The notes beneath the pieces were generated by a model. It was not told where the DNA came from, ran no database searches, and saw only the letters and a list, made by a program, of their open reading frames with translations. The position numbers were made by a program, and so were the translations under genes. 64,000 bases of DNA from Psammoneis japonica (Eukaryota): assembly GCA_008632985.1 (NCBI GenBank), contig QPGO01000036.1, positions 248,001 through 312,000 of the forward strand, read 5' to 3'. Positions 38,096 through 51,199 of the stretch are shown here, in pieces. Each line of letters begins with the position of its first letter. Positions within the stretch are counted from its first letter, which is position 1.

Positions 38096-40717
38096 TTAAA
38101 GTATTTTATCCTTCGCCCACTTCAGAATGACGTCGTCTGCCGGAATGGTCTTACTCGTAGAGTGTGCTTCGATGCCATAATTCGATTGCACATCGTGGAG
38201 CGAATGCTCAGCATTGTCCTCCCCACATCTGAAGAGCGCAGTCCCGTTGACTGTGAAATAGTTGTCCCGAAACATCCTCATGTTCCCGTCTCCACATTGT
38301 TCAATAAAAGCGACCTCTACTGTTTCACTACCCGTAAGTCCAACAATACACTTGTTCCGTCGATAGACATGCCCGTGGCCCGGCTTGAAACTTCCAACTC
38401 CGACGCATTGATTTCCAATCACAAGATTGTCTTCAAAGACACTATCGTGGCCACCATAATCCATTTTGAGGCCGTCTGCATCGTGAAATAGGTTGTCATG
38501 AATGTAAAACCAGCTCGATCCATCATCATTATCGACGGCTTGACTCGCTCCATAATTCGCGATAATGTAGTTGTTTGAGATTTCGCGTATCAAGGGATCA
38601 AAGCTCTTGGTACTGCCGTCTCTCATTGTCGTAAGGTACGCCTGCCTATCCCAGGAGTTGATCGGTCCATGATCACCCGATTCTCGGCATGTGTTGAAAA
38701 TAAGGTTGTCTTGAACAACATCACCCCCGCCCATTCCGTCGTTGAAGTTAATGGCCGCCCTTGGCATGTTGAACATGAGATTGTTGTGAATCAGACTCCT
38801 GGCAGTCTTTGCTTGACCAACTGCGGATGACTGCTTCTGATATATACCAAGTTCTCTCATCACATTGTTTCGCACAATGGTATCGAGTGGGAACTTAAAG
38901 TCTGTCGCATCGAATCCATTCGTGTCGCCCCACGTTGCAACGGCGTTCTCTCCTAGCCATTCAAAAACGTTGCTATCAATAGTCACATTGCGGGTTCGAC
39001 GAGATAGAAAGATAGCGCTGCCATCAAGACGACGAAACAAACACCCCGAAATTGAAATGTCGCTCACATTTTCCATAAAGACCGCTCCGCCACGGTGCAA
39101 CGCCCAATCACCCCCGCTGGGGGCCGACCAATCACTCATGAATGTCGGGGCGGCGTCGCGAAACCCTACATCCGAAATCGACACGTTGGTCACGTTCATG
39201 AGTTCGATCAACCGCTCGTGAAGAGCAAATCGAAGGTCACCGGGTGTGGAAGTCATGTTGGGTATGACATAAAGAAGGTTGGAGGAGTGATCGAAATAGA
39301 ACTCGCCTGGTTGATCAAGCTCCTTTAGAACGTTTTCCACTAGCCACGTACCACTAATCAAGCGCTGATCCGTGTTGTTCGGTGGATCTTGGTGCTGACC
39401 ACACCATCCACCTGCGTAGGTGCACTGGTCACAACGACACCAGTTCCTTCCGCCTTGTTTTCCGCCACCAGGAAGGAAGCGAAATGTACCGTTCTTCTGA
39501 AATTTGTCAATCTCAAACATGTGCATGCTCCAGGACTGAGAATGCCAGGCGAACACAAAAGCTCCTTCTGCCGAGGTTCCCCAACCATCCATGCGCTTTC
39601 CAATGTCATCAGTTTGATTGTAGGTCATGCCTGCAGGAATCTGAAGCTGGCCAGTGACAGCGCACTGCTTGTCTACTTCTGCCCAACCGCCAGCGGATGC
39701 GTTTGAACACCAGTACGAATCCGCTTCTGGTCCCCACAAGTCGGCACAGACGCCACCAGAGCCACTGGCATATGTATTGTATCCATCCATGGTCGAATCG
39801 GTCTTAGTGGGAACACCTTCAGGGGGATTACTTGCAAAGTCGACAAGAGTGAAACTTGGTTGCTGTCCCTTTGGAGGTCGGTGCCAGTCGGTTACAACTT
39901 GGGCTGGTATGGAGTATTGCAAACGATCTGGAGATGCGAAACCCCATAGCGCAAGTTCTGGATCCGAGTTGGGAAATCGTGCTCGGATTAATCGGCGGTG
40001 GGGAATCGTCGTTGTAAAGACAGAAGCGACTTTCGGAAGTTGGCGATCAACAAGTAACTTGGATATGTCTGCCACAAACACGTTGCTGTCCTTTGACAAC
40101 TTCTTCCAACCAATCGATTCAGGTATCAAGAGTCCTCCACTTATCCAAACTTCTTCTCCTGGGTATCCCTGCACGCGAAGGCCAGAATCTCGAGCGTCTA
40201 GCCTAAGAGTTGAGCTGAGCTCATGAATTCCTCCTTGAAGAATAATGGTGGTATGAGAAGCATCACCGATGGAGCGGGATAAAGAGAGGGCTTCATGCAG
40301 ATTCGATGTTGAATGTTGTAAGAAAGAACCAGTAGCTTTCCCGAGAAAGCGAGTTCCCGAGTTGATGTGTGGTGAGACGAAAACGCAGTGCTGCTTCTCG
40401 CAAAACGAGGGCTTCTCAGCAGCGGTGGGTAATTTTCGAGACGTAGCTGCGTTGCCTTCCATAGGGAAGTGGCGTCTCGGTTTTCCGCACAGCTCGGTTA
40501 AGCGAAGGGCGTCATGCACATATGTAAAGATATCATCGTTAGGATCTCGCCACGAGTGAACTTTTTGAGCATATCGAAGTGCCAGAGATCTCATTCCACA
40601 ATCGAACCTGCTAATGGATACAGTGATGTTCTTCGCCGCTGCCGCTGCATTTGCTGGAAGCAACGCCAGCAAAAGCCACGTCGTAATGCATACGCCCGCC
40701 AACTTCATGGCTTCCAT
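38096..40717 (-). CDS. Secreted right-handed beta-helix (pectin-lyase-like fold) protein
   Basis: Signal peptide plus RARFPN, GGKQGGR, ENVLKELDQPGEFYFD, FNMPRAAINFNDG, RESGDHGPINSWDR, DNDDGS. Confidence 0.85.
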   Translation of the reverse strand: MEAMKLAGVCITTWLLLALLPANAAAAAKNITVSISRFDCGMRSLALRYAQKVHSWRDPNDDIFTYVHDALRLTELCGKPRRHFPMEGNAATSRKLPTAAEKPSFCEKQHCVFVSPHINSGTRFLGKATGSFLQHSTSNLHEALSLSRSIGDASHTTIILQGGIHELSSTLRLDARDSGLRVQGYPGEEVWISGGLLIPESIGWKKLSKDSNVFVADISKLLVDRQLPKVASVFTTTIPHRRLIRARFPNSDPELALWGFASPDRLQYSIPAQVVTDWHRPPKGQQPSFTLVDFASNPPEGVPTKTDSTMDGYNTYASGSGGVCADLWGPEADSYWCSNASAGGWAEVDKQCAVTGQLQIPAGMTYNQTDDIGKRMDGWGTSAEGAFVFAWHSQSWSMHMFEIDKFQKNGTFRFLPGGGKQGGRNWCRCDQCTYAGGWCGQHQDPPNNTDQRLISGTWLVENVLKELDQPGEFYFDHSSNLLYVIPNMTSTPGDLRFALHERLIELMNVTNVSISDVGFRDAAPTFMSDWSAPSGGDWALHRGGAVFMENVSDISISGCLFRRLDGSAIFLSRRTRNVTIDSNVFEWLGENAVATWGDTNGFDATDFKFPLDTIVRNNVMRELGIYQKQSSAVGQAKTARSLIHNNLMFNMPRAAINFNDGMGGGDVVQDNLIFNTCRESGDHGPINSWDRQAYLTTMRDGSTKSFDPLIREISNNYIIANYGASQAVDNDDGSSWFYIHDNLFHDADGLKMDYGGHDSVFEDNLVIGNQCVGVGSFKPGHGHVYRRNKCIVGLTGSETVEVAFIEQCGDGNMRMFRDNYFTVNGTALFRCGEDNAEHSLHDVQSNYGIEAHSTSKTIPADDVILKWAKDKIL

Positions 40718-41062
40718 AAATCGTGAGTTGGCATCGAATGTCGCATCATCGTAGATTGAAGATCGCGATGCCAAAGTGTCAAATCAAAAACTCAAAACAA
40801 GATCTTTATATAAACAATTATACAAGCACTTATATATTTTATATTCAGTTGATCTGTCTCGCCACTGCCTCCCGCCGCCAAAACTCCCGGAAGTCATGTT
40901 GAATGACGACCTTTGAGTTACAGTCGCAAATGTACTTTGAAAGAGGCGAATGAATCAAAAGAACATGCCAGTAAAGTAAGGGTATCTATCTACCTTATCA
41001 TATCAACATTTTATTTTGCTTTTCTTCGTCGCCGAGGAAGTGCGCATCAATGTCCACATTCT

Positions 41063-43462
41063 TCAAGTTCGAATTGGAAGCTGCGTAGAAGTTCTGCTGA
41101 CGAGCTTTAAAAACGATTGTTCGATGTCGTCTGCGTTCAAAAATGTGACGTGAGACCCCAAGGGATTGTACGTCCGAGCTGCGCCAACAAACTCCCATTC
41201 ACGCGGAAGGAGCTCTTCACCGTGAAGTTCAGTGATCATGGACGAGAAGACATTTCCTGGACCTGCCTTGCAAATGTCGGCAAACAATATTCCATCATAA
41301 GTACCAATGATTTCCCTCAATCCAAACGGAGCGCTGCTCAGATATGGACAGTCAACCACGTCCAACTCTGACTCATTCTTGAGGTTTCCCTTGATACAGA
41401 GTTGTCGGCGTGCTTGCAGCGACGCGACGACGCCATTTCCATAGCTCACAATGGCCCACTTGCCATCCACGCCATAACGGCAAATATCATTGAAGCCCAT
41501 CATAGCAGCATCGGCATCACTCTTTTCGGGGTACGGGCTTTCCCAGCCACGATCTCTGTCGTGTAGATGGCGCAAATTCAAAAGATGCGTACAATCTACC
41601 AGCATGACCACTCGTCCGTTTTTGGCTTGGGCAATGGCATTTCGAAAGCCTCTAACATAGTCCGCTCCATTACTGTAGCAGACAACATCCACACCCGGCG
41701 GCATGTGAGGGAGGGCGTTGTGCGTGTGAAAGTTCCCCCCAAACAGCCCACGGCCGAACCCTTGCAACCTGATCACCATGCCATTGTGTCTTTGTCCATT
41801 TGTCAGCCAGTTCATCATTGCAATTTCGTAGAACATATCCGCACCGCAGTCTAAATACTTTGCATAGGGGATTTCAACTATTGGGAGTAGGCCCACCTGT
41901 GAAAAACCCATGGCCGCTCCCAACAAGGTGGTTTCGTCCGGCGGAAAATCAAGAATCCTACCAGGAAATCTCTCTGGAAGGCCATCAGTAACAAGATAGT
42001 ATCCGCCATGCTCAACGTCTTCTCCCAGATACACTACATCATCAAAGTCCTCCAGCGTCTCGGCAATGACTCTCGTCATGTGCTTTCTCATAATCTCTGT
42101 TTTGCCTGCTGATTTCCCTACAACTATCTCCTTGCAACGTACATCCTTTGGCAACGGAGGAACTTGGATAAGCGGCTGCGAAACCCTTTCCATCATGTCT
42201 TGTTTTGTCACCTTGTCTTCCACTGCTGCCTTGTTAAAAGCTGTACGGGCAAGGTCTTGGATTTCAAGAAACCTGTCGAGTATTTCAGCATACGTAGCTA
42301 CCGAGGACAACGTTTCAACAGCCTGTACAGATGCACTCGCCAAGACGTCTGTGTCCGTCATGCCTTGGATAACGTCTGCCCCCAGGTATGCATGCTGTCG
42401 GTCAGTAGCAGCATGGCCAAATCGACGAACAATATCACGGTAAATGACAACTGCCGGCGACATCTTGGTGCGCGCGTATTCCAGTGCTTGTATCGTTTGA
42501 TCGTAAACATCGAGCATGTCATTACCGTTGGCGCTGAATCTCGGGAGCAAGGTGTCGTTGTCGGGAAACATGGTGTCGATATATCCTTCGGTCTTGTAAG
42601 AGATGGATAAGCCATTATCTGATATTCCAAACACCACTGGACATTTGATGTGCTTGTGTCGAGCATGTCTTGCAAGGTGGTAGGAGGACAAAAAGTGATG
42701 ATTGTGCACGGAACCGTCACCTACGGTAACAAAGGACACTGAGCGCTTCTTTTCTTTCTGCTTCCGCATCGAAAAACCGAGCGCTCGCCCAACTGCTGAT
42801 GGACACTGCGATGCCAAAGTACTGGTAACAACGTAATCACAATTGGTAGCAGCACCGCCCGAGCCAATGGCGCAGTGTACGCCACCTGTAACTGGATCGT
42901 GACGACTTACAGTGTAACCCCGGGCACGGTCCAGCAAGATTTGTTCCATCGACATGCCTCTCAAAAGTTGACACCCAATGTTGATCCCAAGGTGACGATA
43001 ATGCAATGCGATCGTATCGTTTGGACCCAGTGCGGGTGCGGCACCAGCAAGCACCTCTTCACCGCAAGGGCCTATCGTGTAATACCCCAGTCCCACAAGT
43101 GCTGCGATCCGAGCTTCTACATGAAGCGCAAACGTGGCCATTGCTGCATCCAGAGTTAGCCGCACTTGATCCGGAGTCATTAGGTTCTTGTACCCTTTGC
43201 GTGGAGGGTCGATCGGAGATACCGCAATGATTTCGCTGCCTTTTTCAACGTTGATAGCTTTGGCCTTCAAAAACTTGATGAGATTGGCTCGAGCTCGCAC
43301 TTCGGGTAGACCTTCAATTTCAGAACGATATTTATGGCGAAGTCCGTCCATAAAGTGCTCATCGTTACTCAGTGCAGGATGGGATGAGCTGAACCAACAT
43401 CGTGAAAACCAACGCCCACGCAATCGCGTCCTCTTCGCCGTCGTTAGGAAGCTTGGTAGCAT
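41063..43462 (-). CDS. ThDP-dependent 2-oxoacid dehydrogenase E1, fused alpha+beta (BCKDH-like)
   Basis: ALHYRH, GDG...DNG.SIS ThDP motif, RRFGHAATD, LGEDV..GGYY, PPDE, EIPYAKY, FHTHN. Start taken at MLPSFLTT (mitochondrial-like leader). Confidence 0.88.
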   Translation of the reverse strand: MLPSFLTTAKRTRLRGRWFSRCWFSSSHPALSNDEHFMDGLRHKYRSEIEGLPEVRARANLIKFLKAKAINVEKGSEIIAVSPIDPPRKGYKNLMTPDQVRLTLDAAMATFALHVEARIAALVGLGYYTIGPCGEEVLAGAAPALGPNDTIALHYRHLGINIGCQLLRGMSMEQILLDRARGYTVSRHDPVTGGVHCAIGSGGAATNCDYVVTSTLASQCPSAVGRALGFSMRKQKEKKRSVSFVTVGDGSVHNHHFLSSYHLARHARHKHIKCPVVFGISDNGLSISYKTEGYIDTMFPDNDTLLPRFSANGNDMLDVYDQTIQALEYARTKMSPAVVIYRDIVRRFGHAATDRQHAYLGADVIQGMTDTDVLASASVQAVETLSSVATYAEILDRFLEIQDLARTAFNKAAVEDKVTKQDMMERVSQPLIQVPPLPKDVRCKEIVVGKSAGKTEIMRKHMTRVIAETLEDFDDVVYLGEDVEHGGYYLVTDGLPERFPGRILDFPPDETTLLGAAMGFSQVGLLPIVEIPYAKYLDCGADMFYEIAMMNWLTNGQRHNGMVIRLQGFGRGLFGGNFHTHNALPHMPPGVDVVCYSNGADYVRGFRNAIAQAKNGRVVMLVDCTHLLNLRHLHDRDRGWESPYPEKSDADAAMMGFNDICRYGVDGKWAIVSYGNGVVASLQARRQLCIKGNLKNESELDVVDCPYLSSAPFGLREIIGTYDGILFADICKAGPGNVFSSMITELHGEELLPREWEFVGAARTYNPLGSHVTFLNADDIEQSFLKLVSRTSTQLPIRT

Positions 43463-46400
43463 TAACTGTTGATGCAGTTTCCTGGACCTCGGCAAAGTAG
43501 CTATCTGTACCGGTGTGGAACAGGGGTAGCAGAGCAAGAGAGGCCGAATTACTCTCCCTTTCGGTGCAGCATGGTGCAATGGTGCCGTAGCCAACGCAAG
43601 AACAACCCGTCTTGAGAGGAGGAGTCCACATACATTGCTGTGTTATTAGAATCGCATTTGATTAGTCTGACTGAAAAACATGAAGGTGCACGTTTTGTCT
43701 CAGCTGACAGGTTCTTCATGTGCAAGTGCTGCTTTGTTTTGTCTGCCAAGCAGGTGTGAGTGTGGTTTGATTTTCTGCCCAAGCAGGAACAGGGAAAGGG
43801 CACACCATGCATGCCTCTAAGATTTGCCTTGTGTTTGCTGGGCGTGCTGTGGACGGAGTCGTGATGATTTCCAGCGCTTCTTGGGCCACCATCTCAAGCA
43901 GCCTCTGGTGCTCTCTTGAAGTCATTTTTCTGAAGAACCAAGAGCCATGCAAACACGGAGTGAACAGAGTTTGATCATCATCATTTTGGCAAGAACACGC
44001 CATCTGCCATTGCTGTGTGCAAGTTGCAGGAGGAGACAGCTTCCGTTTGACACAAAAGCCAGAGCACTCGATCTGCTCCAAGTGCCGGTGGAGGAGCAGC
44101 TCCAGGAGCAGCAGTTGCACAACAGCCTCCTCTCCACCCTGCATGCACTGCTGGCTCAAGGGCCACCAGCAGGTGGAGGAAACCACCAACCTCTGATTGG
44201 AGTTGGAGGTGTGATGCTGCCATCCCCCCATCCCATGCAGCAGCCCCACAGCACAGGTGCTGCCAGCTCACCCAGCAGCCATCCATGCATGCCACAATTT
44301 CTGTGATGACAGGTTTTGCAGCCATTGTGTGAGAAGTCAGGCCCAGAAAAGTTTCCACCTCTTTTTGAAGTCTTGGGGGTGAAAGAGTTGGTGCCACTCC
44401 AACCCATCATGATTTTCAGACAGCGCTCATGTGGGGCTGTTGTGCTGCCAATGTGGTGTGCAGGATGCTGGAGCTGCGCAGCATGACCATTGGGTCACCC
44501 ACTGTTCTGTGGCAGTGGTGTGATCAGCCTGACCTTGGGACAGAATGGCTGTGGCTTGGTCAGCATTCTTGGCCCACCAGCACATGCCACTGCCCCCCAG
44601 TGGACAGGAGTGTTGCAGGGATGCATGGGGTTGCCCCTGAATGATGCAACAATGATGGTCACAAACCACAAACATTGCAAGCCAATCCAACAGTCTCATC
44701 CTGCTGGCAAGCAACACCTTGGTGGAAGTCAGGACACAAAACATTTTTGTTTGTGCCATTTGATGGTCAAGTCCGGCCAAGACAAGACCCAAGCACAGAC
44801 CTTTGGGGGGATTCAAGGGAGGAGCGTGAAAGCTGATGCTGTGACTCGGCCAAGTCCATGACAAGTGTCAGCTCTCCCACCCTTGGGCAAGTCAGAATTT
44901 AAAGCTGTTTTCTGTCTCAAGCTCCCACATGCAACAGCACATAGAATCTGTGTTGGTTCTGGCACACTGGACTTGCTTTCCAGCAAATGACCCAACAATC
45001 ACAGCAGCCATGCAGAGCCTGCATGACTTCTGGCAATGATCTTGCCATTGGGGACAGTCAGTGCATGCATGACACACATGATCACAGCTGCCGCTGTTGC
45101 CATCAACGGCGTCAACAACAACAATTGTTGTTTCGATTTGACAGTGTTCATTTTGCTGTCATTCTGAAAGTTTCCCCTGGTTTTCCCTGGAGATCTTCAG
45201 TGCCTTTGGCTTGCAGATGTTGGCTTGGTTGGTTGCATCAGGGTTTCCTTTAATTCTGGAGCAATTGGGAAAATTTCTGGCCCCATTTTGGCATGGATTG
45301 AGTGACTGGGGGCTGCAACTTCACCAGATGAGCCTTGCAATGCTCAACCAACATTCTCACAGTGTTCCCTGGGTTTCTCTCTGGAGACCTTCAATGCCCT
45401 CAGCCTGCAGTTGTTGGGTTGGTTGGTTGCATCAGGGTGTCCTTTCACTCTGGAGACAAGACTTTCATGAGCTGTTGCTCTGGCTTGGCAGAAGTGACTG
45501 GTGGCTGCAAATGCGCCAGACAAGCCTTGCAACACTCCCGTCACTCTTCTCAAAGTGTTCTCTGGAGAAGTTCAATGCCCTCAGCATGCAGTTGTTGGGT
45601 TGGTTGGTTGCATCGGGGTGTTCTTTCTCTGAGAAGTTTGGAGTTTTTCTGCTCTCATTCTGGCACAATGCATGACCAAAATCCATTTTGCTTGCCTGCC
45701 GTGATGTCTGTTTTTGAGTTTTTTGGTGACACTGCTTGCTGCATTGCTGGGTTTGCTCCAAAAGAAAAAAAAGGAGGCACCATTGTTTGTGGCAGTGACT
45801 CAATTCTTCCCAGCAGGACTGGGTGTCAACAAACTGTCACTGTGGAATTTGCACCAGGTGCCATGCAAGCTGTGATTTGTGCACAAGTGGGCTGCAGTCC
45901 AAGAAGGAATCTGGAACCTTGAAGAGGGGGGAGGAGGGGGGGGCTGGAGGCAGAGCACACAGTTAATTTGGACAAGCACCAGAGGTCATCATGAAGATTG
46001 AAGCAGCCCAGAGCGCCATTGTTGAGACTTGGGAGATGCCAGAACAAGCGCAGTTTCACAAGCCTCAGCTTTGTGGACCATGACGAGGGCAACATCATGG
46101 AGGGACAAACCCCCTCCTCTTCTGGACAGCTGTGCCCAAGTGGACCAAACAAGCAGTGTGCCAGCTTGCTGGGCATTTGTGTGTCCATGGAAGGGACAAC
46201 AGCCATGGCCACATTGACATGATGATGATGATGATGATGGAGGCTCCAGATGAGGCACACATGGCAGCTGCAAAAAAGACTCCCTGGGCATCAACCACAC
46301 ACAGTCTCCTGCCATGTTGGGAGCTCCTGGGAGGACCTTGAGACAGATGTGGAGGACCTCCTGATGGAGCCCAGCATGCACCAGCCAGCACTGCTTGCAG

Positions 46401-46627
46401 AGCCACAGCACCAACTGCAGGTGCTGCTCTGGCAAGAGAAGACAGAAGACAAAAGCAAAAACAGCTGCTGCTGGCTGCACAACACTGAGCAGTGCTCTCC
46501 AGACATGCAACACATGCTGGTGAGTGAAAATCACAAAGAGTGCTCAGCCCCTCTTGCCAGTGATGGCATGGTTGTGTCTCTTGCCCATCAATGTGCATGA
46601 GGGGTGGCACAGCTGCAACATGCTGTG

Positions 46628-47365
46628 CACCACATCTGCCTTTGTGGGCCATCTGCTTGCTCACTTTTGCCATGTTTGGCCTGCAAGCCACAAGCGCTCC
46701 CAGTTCTGTCTCTCCGCAGATGAAGCCACTGCAGCAGTGCAGAGCACCAGCCAAAAACCAGCCAGTCAAAAGTCAATCAAGCACAGAGAAGTCAAGTTTG
46801 CTTTGCAATGCTTGGATGAGACACAAGTCCACTGCAGATGCCATGATTTGTCATGTCCCTCAGATTTGTGCAGCTGGCATGGCAGCATGTGATGCACAGA
46901 CAATGTGATGTAGAAATTTCTTGAGCTCTCTGGCTTGATCACACCACATCCCAAAGAGATTAAAATCCTGTGCATGAGCAACAAAACATCTTGGTGGTGC
47001 ACCACATCTGCCTCTCTGTGGGCCATCTGCTTGCTCACTTTTGCCATGTTTGGCCCACAAGCCACAAGTGCTCCCAACTCTGACTCTCTGCAGCTGAAGC
47101 CACTGCAGCAGTGCAGAGCACCAGCCAAAACCCAGCCAGTCAAAAGTCAATTAAGCACAAAAAAGTCAAATTTGCTTTGAAATGCTTGGACAAGACACAA
47201 GTCCACTGCAGATGCCAAGATTCATCATGTGCCTCAGATTTGTGCAACTGGCATGGCAGCATGTGATGCACAGACAATGTGATGCAGAAATTTCTTGAGC
47301 TCTCTGGCTTGATCACACCACATCCCAAAGAGATTAAAGTCCTGCGCATGAGCAACAAAACATCT
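46628..47365 (+). repeat. Tandem duplication, about 372-bp unit x2
   Basis: caccacatctgcct...catgagcaacaaaacatcttg at about 46628 and 47000. Confidence 0.9.
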
Positions 47366-47599
47366 TGATGTTCTCAAGCAGCAGCACACCAAAACCCCAT
47401 TCACATGATCCTGAGTCAGTGCCTTGAAGACACACATTTCTTTCATGTGGCAATTTTGACAACAAAGGTGCAAAGCCAGTTTTTTCTAAATCCCCACACA
47501 GAAAGGTGTTTGAGTGATCAGCACAGCAGGTGTGCATGCTCACAAGGGTGCGGAGAGAGCAAGTGATGAGAAGCATCCTTTCTGGGTGTTCTTTTCCTG

Positions 47600-49150
47600 T
47601 TCAAACCAGTGGCCAGTGAAAACAAGAAAAAGCCACACTCCCAGAATCTTTTGTCAGATGCCCACCAAGGATGCTGCAAATTGACAATTCTTTCACATCT
47701 GAGTGTTGGTCCTCACACCACTTGTGCCAAAATTCAGCCACAGGAGGATTGCCAAATGACTGCCTTTGCAAAATCCAACATTTGCAGCAGTGAGAGATGA
47801 TGAGAAAGAACAAGCCATGGGTGCCAATTTTGTGGAGACTCACACTGGAGAGTGGGCCAGAGATCTGGAAGAGAGCTGCACGTGGGTGCACCAGCCAAGG
47901 AGGCAAAATTGTTTGTCTGGAGCCAACCAGAGATCATGTGCTGCAAGAGGTGGCACCTGCAGAGGAAATGATGAATGTTCCCCATGACAAAATTCCATCA
48001 ATCTAAGACTGCACAGACTGGCGTGTTCAAGCTTGTTGCCTTGGTTGTGTCAGGTGGGCTGGCGGGGCTTTCAGCTGACATTTCAGCCTCGTGCACTTAC
48101 AATGGCAGCCTCCCCAGAGAAAGAGCACAGCTTCTCTTCTGCAAACAAGCACTGGGTTGTGTGTGCACAAATGGCAGGACTCAGGTTGTTCAACCTGCAA
48201 TGACAGATCTTGAAGGTGTGCACAGAGGGCAGGTGAGCATGCATCTGACAGGCTGCTGCTCCTTTTTGAGGGAGGACAGCACCATGTCACATGCTTGGGA
48301 GGTTTGCAGCTGAACCACAGAATGCAGGGGGCATGTGCAGAGTGTGGGTGCTTGGGCTGCAACAAGCATGTCACCTCACATTCACTTTTCTGTTGTCGCA
48401 GTTTGCCTTGCACAAGCAGCTGCAACCACCAAGGAAGAGCTGCTGGGGGCAATGTTGAAAAAGCACATGCACAATCAAGTGACACCCCCATGCTGCTTTC
48501 TTCAGGACATTGGAAAAACCCAAGTTTGATTGCCAGCACACACTGCACAAGCTGGTTGCTGGCTCTGCTTCAGCTCTCTTGTGCACTCACCTGCATGTGA
48601 TCAGCACAGGTGCACATGCTCACAAGGGCAGTCGTGTGGTTGGTCAGATGGAGCTCCTGAAGGGAACAAGTGATGGGTGGCATCCTTCCAGGGTTTTTTC
48701 TTGTTCAAACCAGTGGCCAGCAAAAAAAAGAAAGAGACATGCTCCCAGAATCTGTTGTCAGATGTCCGCCAAGGAATGCTGCAAATTGAGAATTTTTTGT
48801 TCACATCTGAGTGTTGGTCCCCACACCACACATTCCAAAATGCAGTTGTGGATCAATTTCCAAATGGCCACCTTTGCAAAATCTGACAATTGTTGGTGCA
48901 CAGGGAGAAATGATGAGAAAGCCATGGACTCATTTTGTGGAGACTCTTGTTGGAGAGCAGGTCAGAGATCTGGAAGAAGAGAGCCATCTGTGGACTGTGG
49001 GTGCACCAGCCAAGGAGGCAAAATTGTTTGTCTGGAGCTGGTTAAAGATGATGTGCTGCAAGGTGCAGAGGAAATGATGAATGTGCCCCATGACAAAATT
49101 CCATGTTCTGAGACCATGCAGCCCAGTGTGCTTGCGGTTGTTGCCTTGGT
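47600..49150 (+). repeat. Dispersed direct repeat: about 47600-48050 versus 48700-49150
   Basis: tgttcaaaccagtggccag...cccagaatct.ttgtcagatg...caccagccaaggaggcaaaattgtttgtctggagc shared. Confidence 0.8.
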
Positions 49151-49800
49151 CACATCATGTGGGCTGATGGGACTTTCATCCAATGTTGTCTGGAAAACAC
49201 CATCGCTCTTGTTCAGAGCTCATCTGGGCTGGATCAGAATCCTGTGTTCTTAAGAAGTGCTGACCAATTGCATTAAAGGGCCTTTCACAATGTCAAAGAT
49301 GATGTGCTGCAAGGTGCAGAGGAAATGATGAATGTGCCCCATGACAAAATTCCATCAATCTAAGACCATGCAGCCCAGTGCACTTGCAGTTGTTGCCTTG
49401 GTTGCATCATGTGGGCTGTTGGGACTTTCATCCAATGTTGTCTGGAAAACACCATCACTCTTGTTCAGAACTCATCTGGGCTGGATCAGAATCCTGTGTC
49501 ATTTAGAAGTGCTGACCAATTGTGTTAAAGGGCCTTTCACAATGTCAAAGATGATGTGCTGCAAGGTGCAGAGGAAATGATGAATGTGCCCCATGACAAA
49601 ATTCTGTCAACCTAAGACCATGCAGCCCAGTGCACTTGCAGTTGTTGCCTTGGTTGTGTCATGTGGGCTGATGGGAGTTTCATCCAATGTTGTCTGGAAA
49701 ACACCATCACTCTTGTTCAGAACTCATCTGTGCTGGATCTGAACCCTGTGTTCTTTGCAAGTGCTGACCAATTGTGGTTAAAGGGCCTTTCACAATTGTC
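49044..49800 (+). repeat. Tandem repeat, about 252-bp unit x3
   Basis: aaagatgatgtgctgcaaggtgcagaggaaatgatgaatgtgccccatgacaaaattc at 49044, 49295 and 49547. Confidence 0.92.
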
Positions 49801-51199
49801 ATTGCATGCCAAGCAGGAAATGATGCTTGAGGCAAATTGGTCCCATGGTGCATGAAATCTTGACAAGTCCACATTGCAGCTGATTTTGAAATTGTCAGGT
49901 TTCTGTCCACAATTGATGTGATCTTCCAAGTGGGAAATGGCAATGAATGAAACTTGTGACTTGCAACTGTTCTTGCTGAACAACCGCGCATTTGCAACAA
50001 TTTTCTGACATTGCTCATTTCTGAGGACAATGGCGATGTTCATTTGTCTCATTGACATGCTCGCACATTGGCTGCGTGCTCTTCACAATCTAATTTTTGC
50101 ATGCCATGTTTTGTTTTTTCTGCACTTGATCTGCTTTTGCTTCCTGTTTCCTGCTCTTTTGTCCTTGTTTTTTTTGTGCCACATCCCACCAGTCATCCCA
50201 TTGTCATTTGCTGTCTCCACACAATGGTGCCCTGTTTTGGTCATGGCATCCTCTCCTTGCAATTGCTTCTGTTCTTCATGATGATTGTTTGTTCCATGTT
50301 GCAATCTCTCTTTCATTTGTCATGCTTCTTTGGCCAAAGCCTTGGCCTTGCCTGCAACAAGAGGAAGAGAAAACAGCATGTGACAGATCAGAGTTTTGTG
50401 TGTGTTTTGTTTCTAATTGGCTTGGTGCAAATGCTGTTTCTGCTCACATTTGTGCCATCCCCACAGGGTGTCTTCCCTCCCAGCTCAGCTTGCAAGTCAA
50501 GATGTCTGTGTGGAAAGATTTGCAAAAGTGCCAGTCATTTGCATTGCTTGCTGAAGCTCCATGCACCCACCACTCACTTTCTCTCTCACACATTGTGTCA
50601 AACATTGTCTTCCTTCCTCTCTGCTCTGCTGTCGCCTCCCCACACTGCTCTCATTGTCAGATGTTGGATGCACCCTGTGTTTTGCATTTTGTGTCTTTGC
50701 AAGGCAATGATCATTTGTGTTTTTGCAGCAATCATGTCAAGCCTGTCTGTCTTGTGATTCCCATCAGCATCTCTCTTCAAGTGACAAAATTTAAAATTCC
50801 ATGTTTGTGTTTGCTTTTGAAGGTTTGAATGATTTGAAACAACTTGAATGAATCATGGAGTCATCAACGTTTTGCTTCAATTTGACACTTTCAATTTGTG
50901 GTTCATTGTGTGTGTGTCTGCAGTTGGTCAACATCTCATGTTTTCATCACACTGATGTGTTCTTGCTAAGATGGAAATTTTCACAGTCATGCTTGCCCAC
51001 TCCATCTTCTTTCAATTGTTCTGGGACTTCAATCTTTCCAACCTGCTTGACACCCCCACAACCAACTGTTGCCATTTTCTTGTGTTGCAACCATGCTGCC
51101 AAAAATGAAGAGTGCTTGCAGATCTGCCCTCACCACAAGGCAAGAGGAGAAGCCCTTGGGGACATCAAAGCTCTGTTGCTTGAGCTGCTGCAGAAATGG

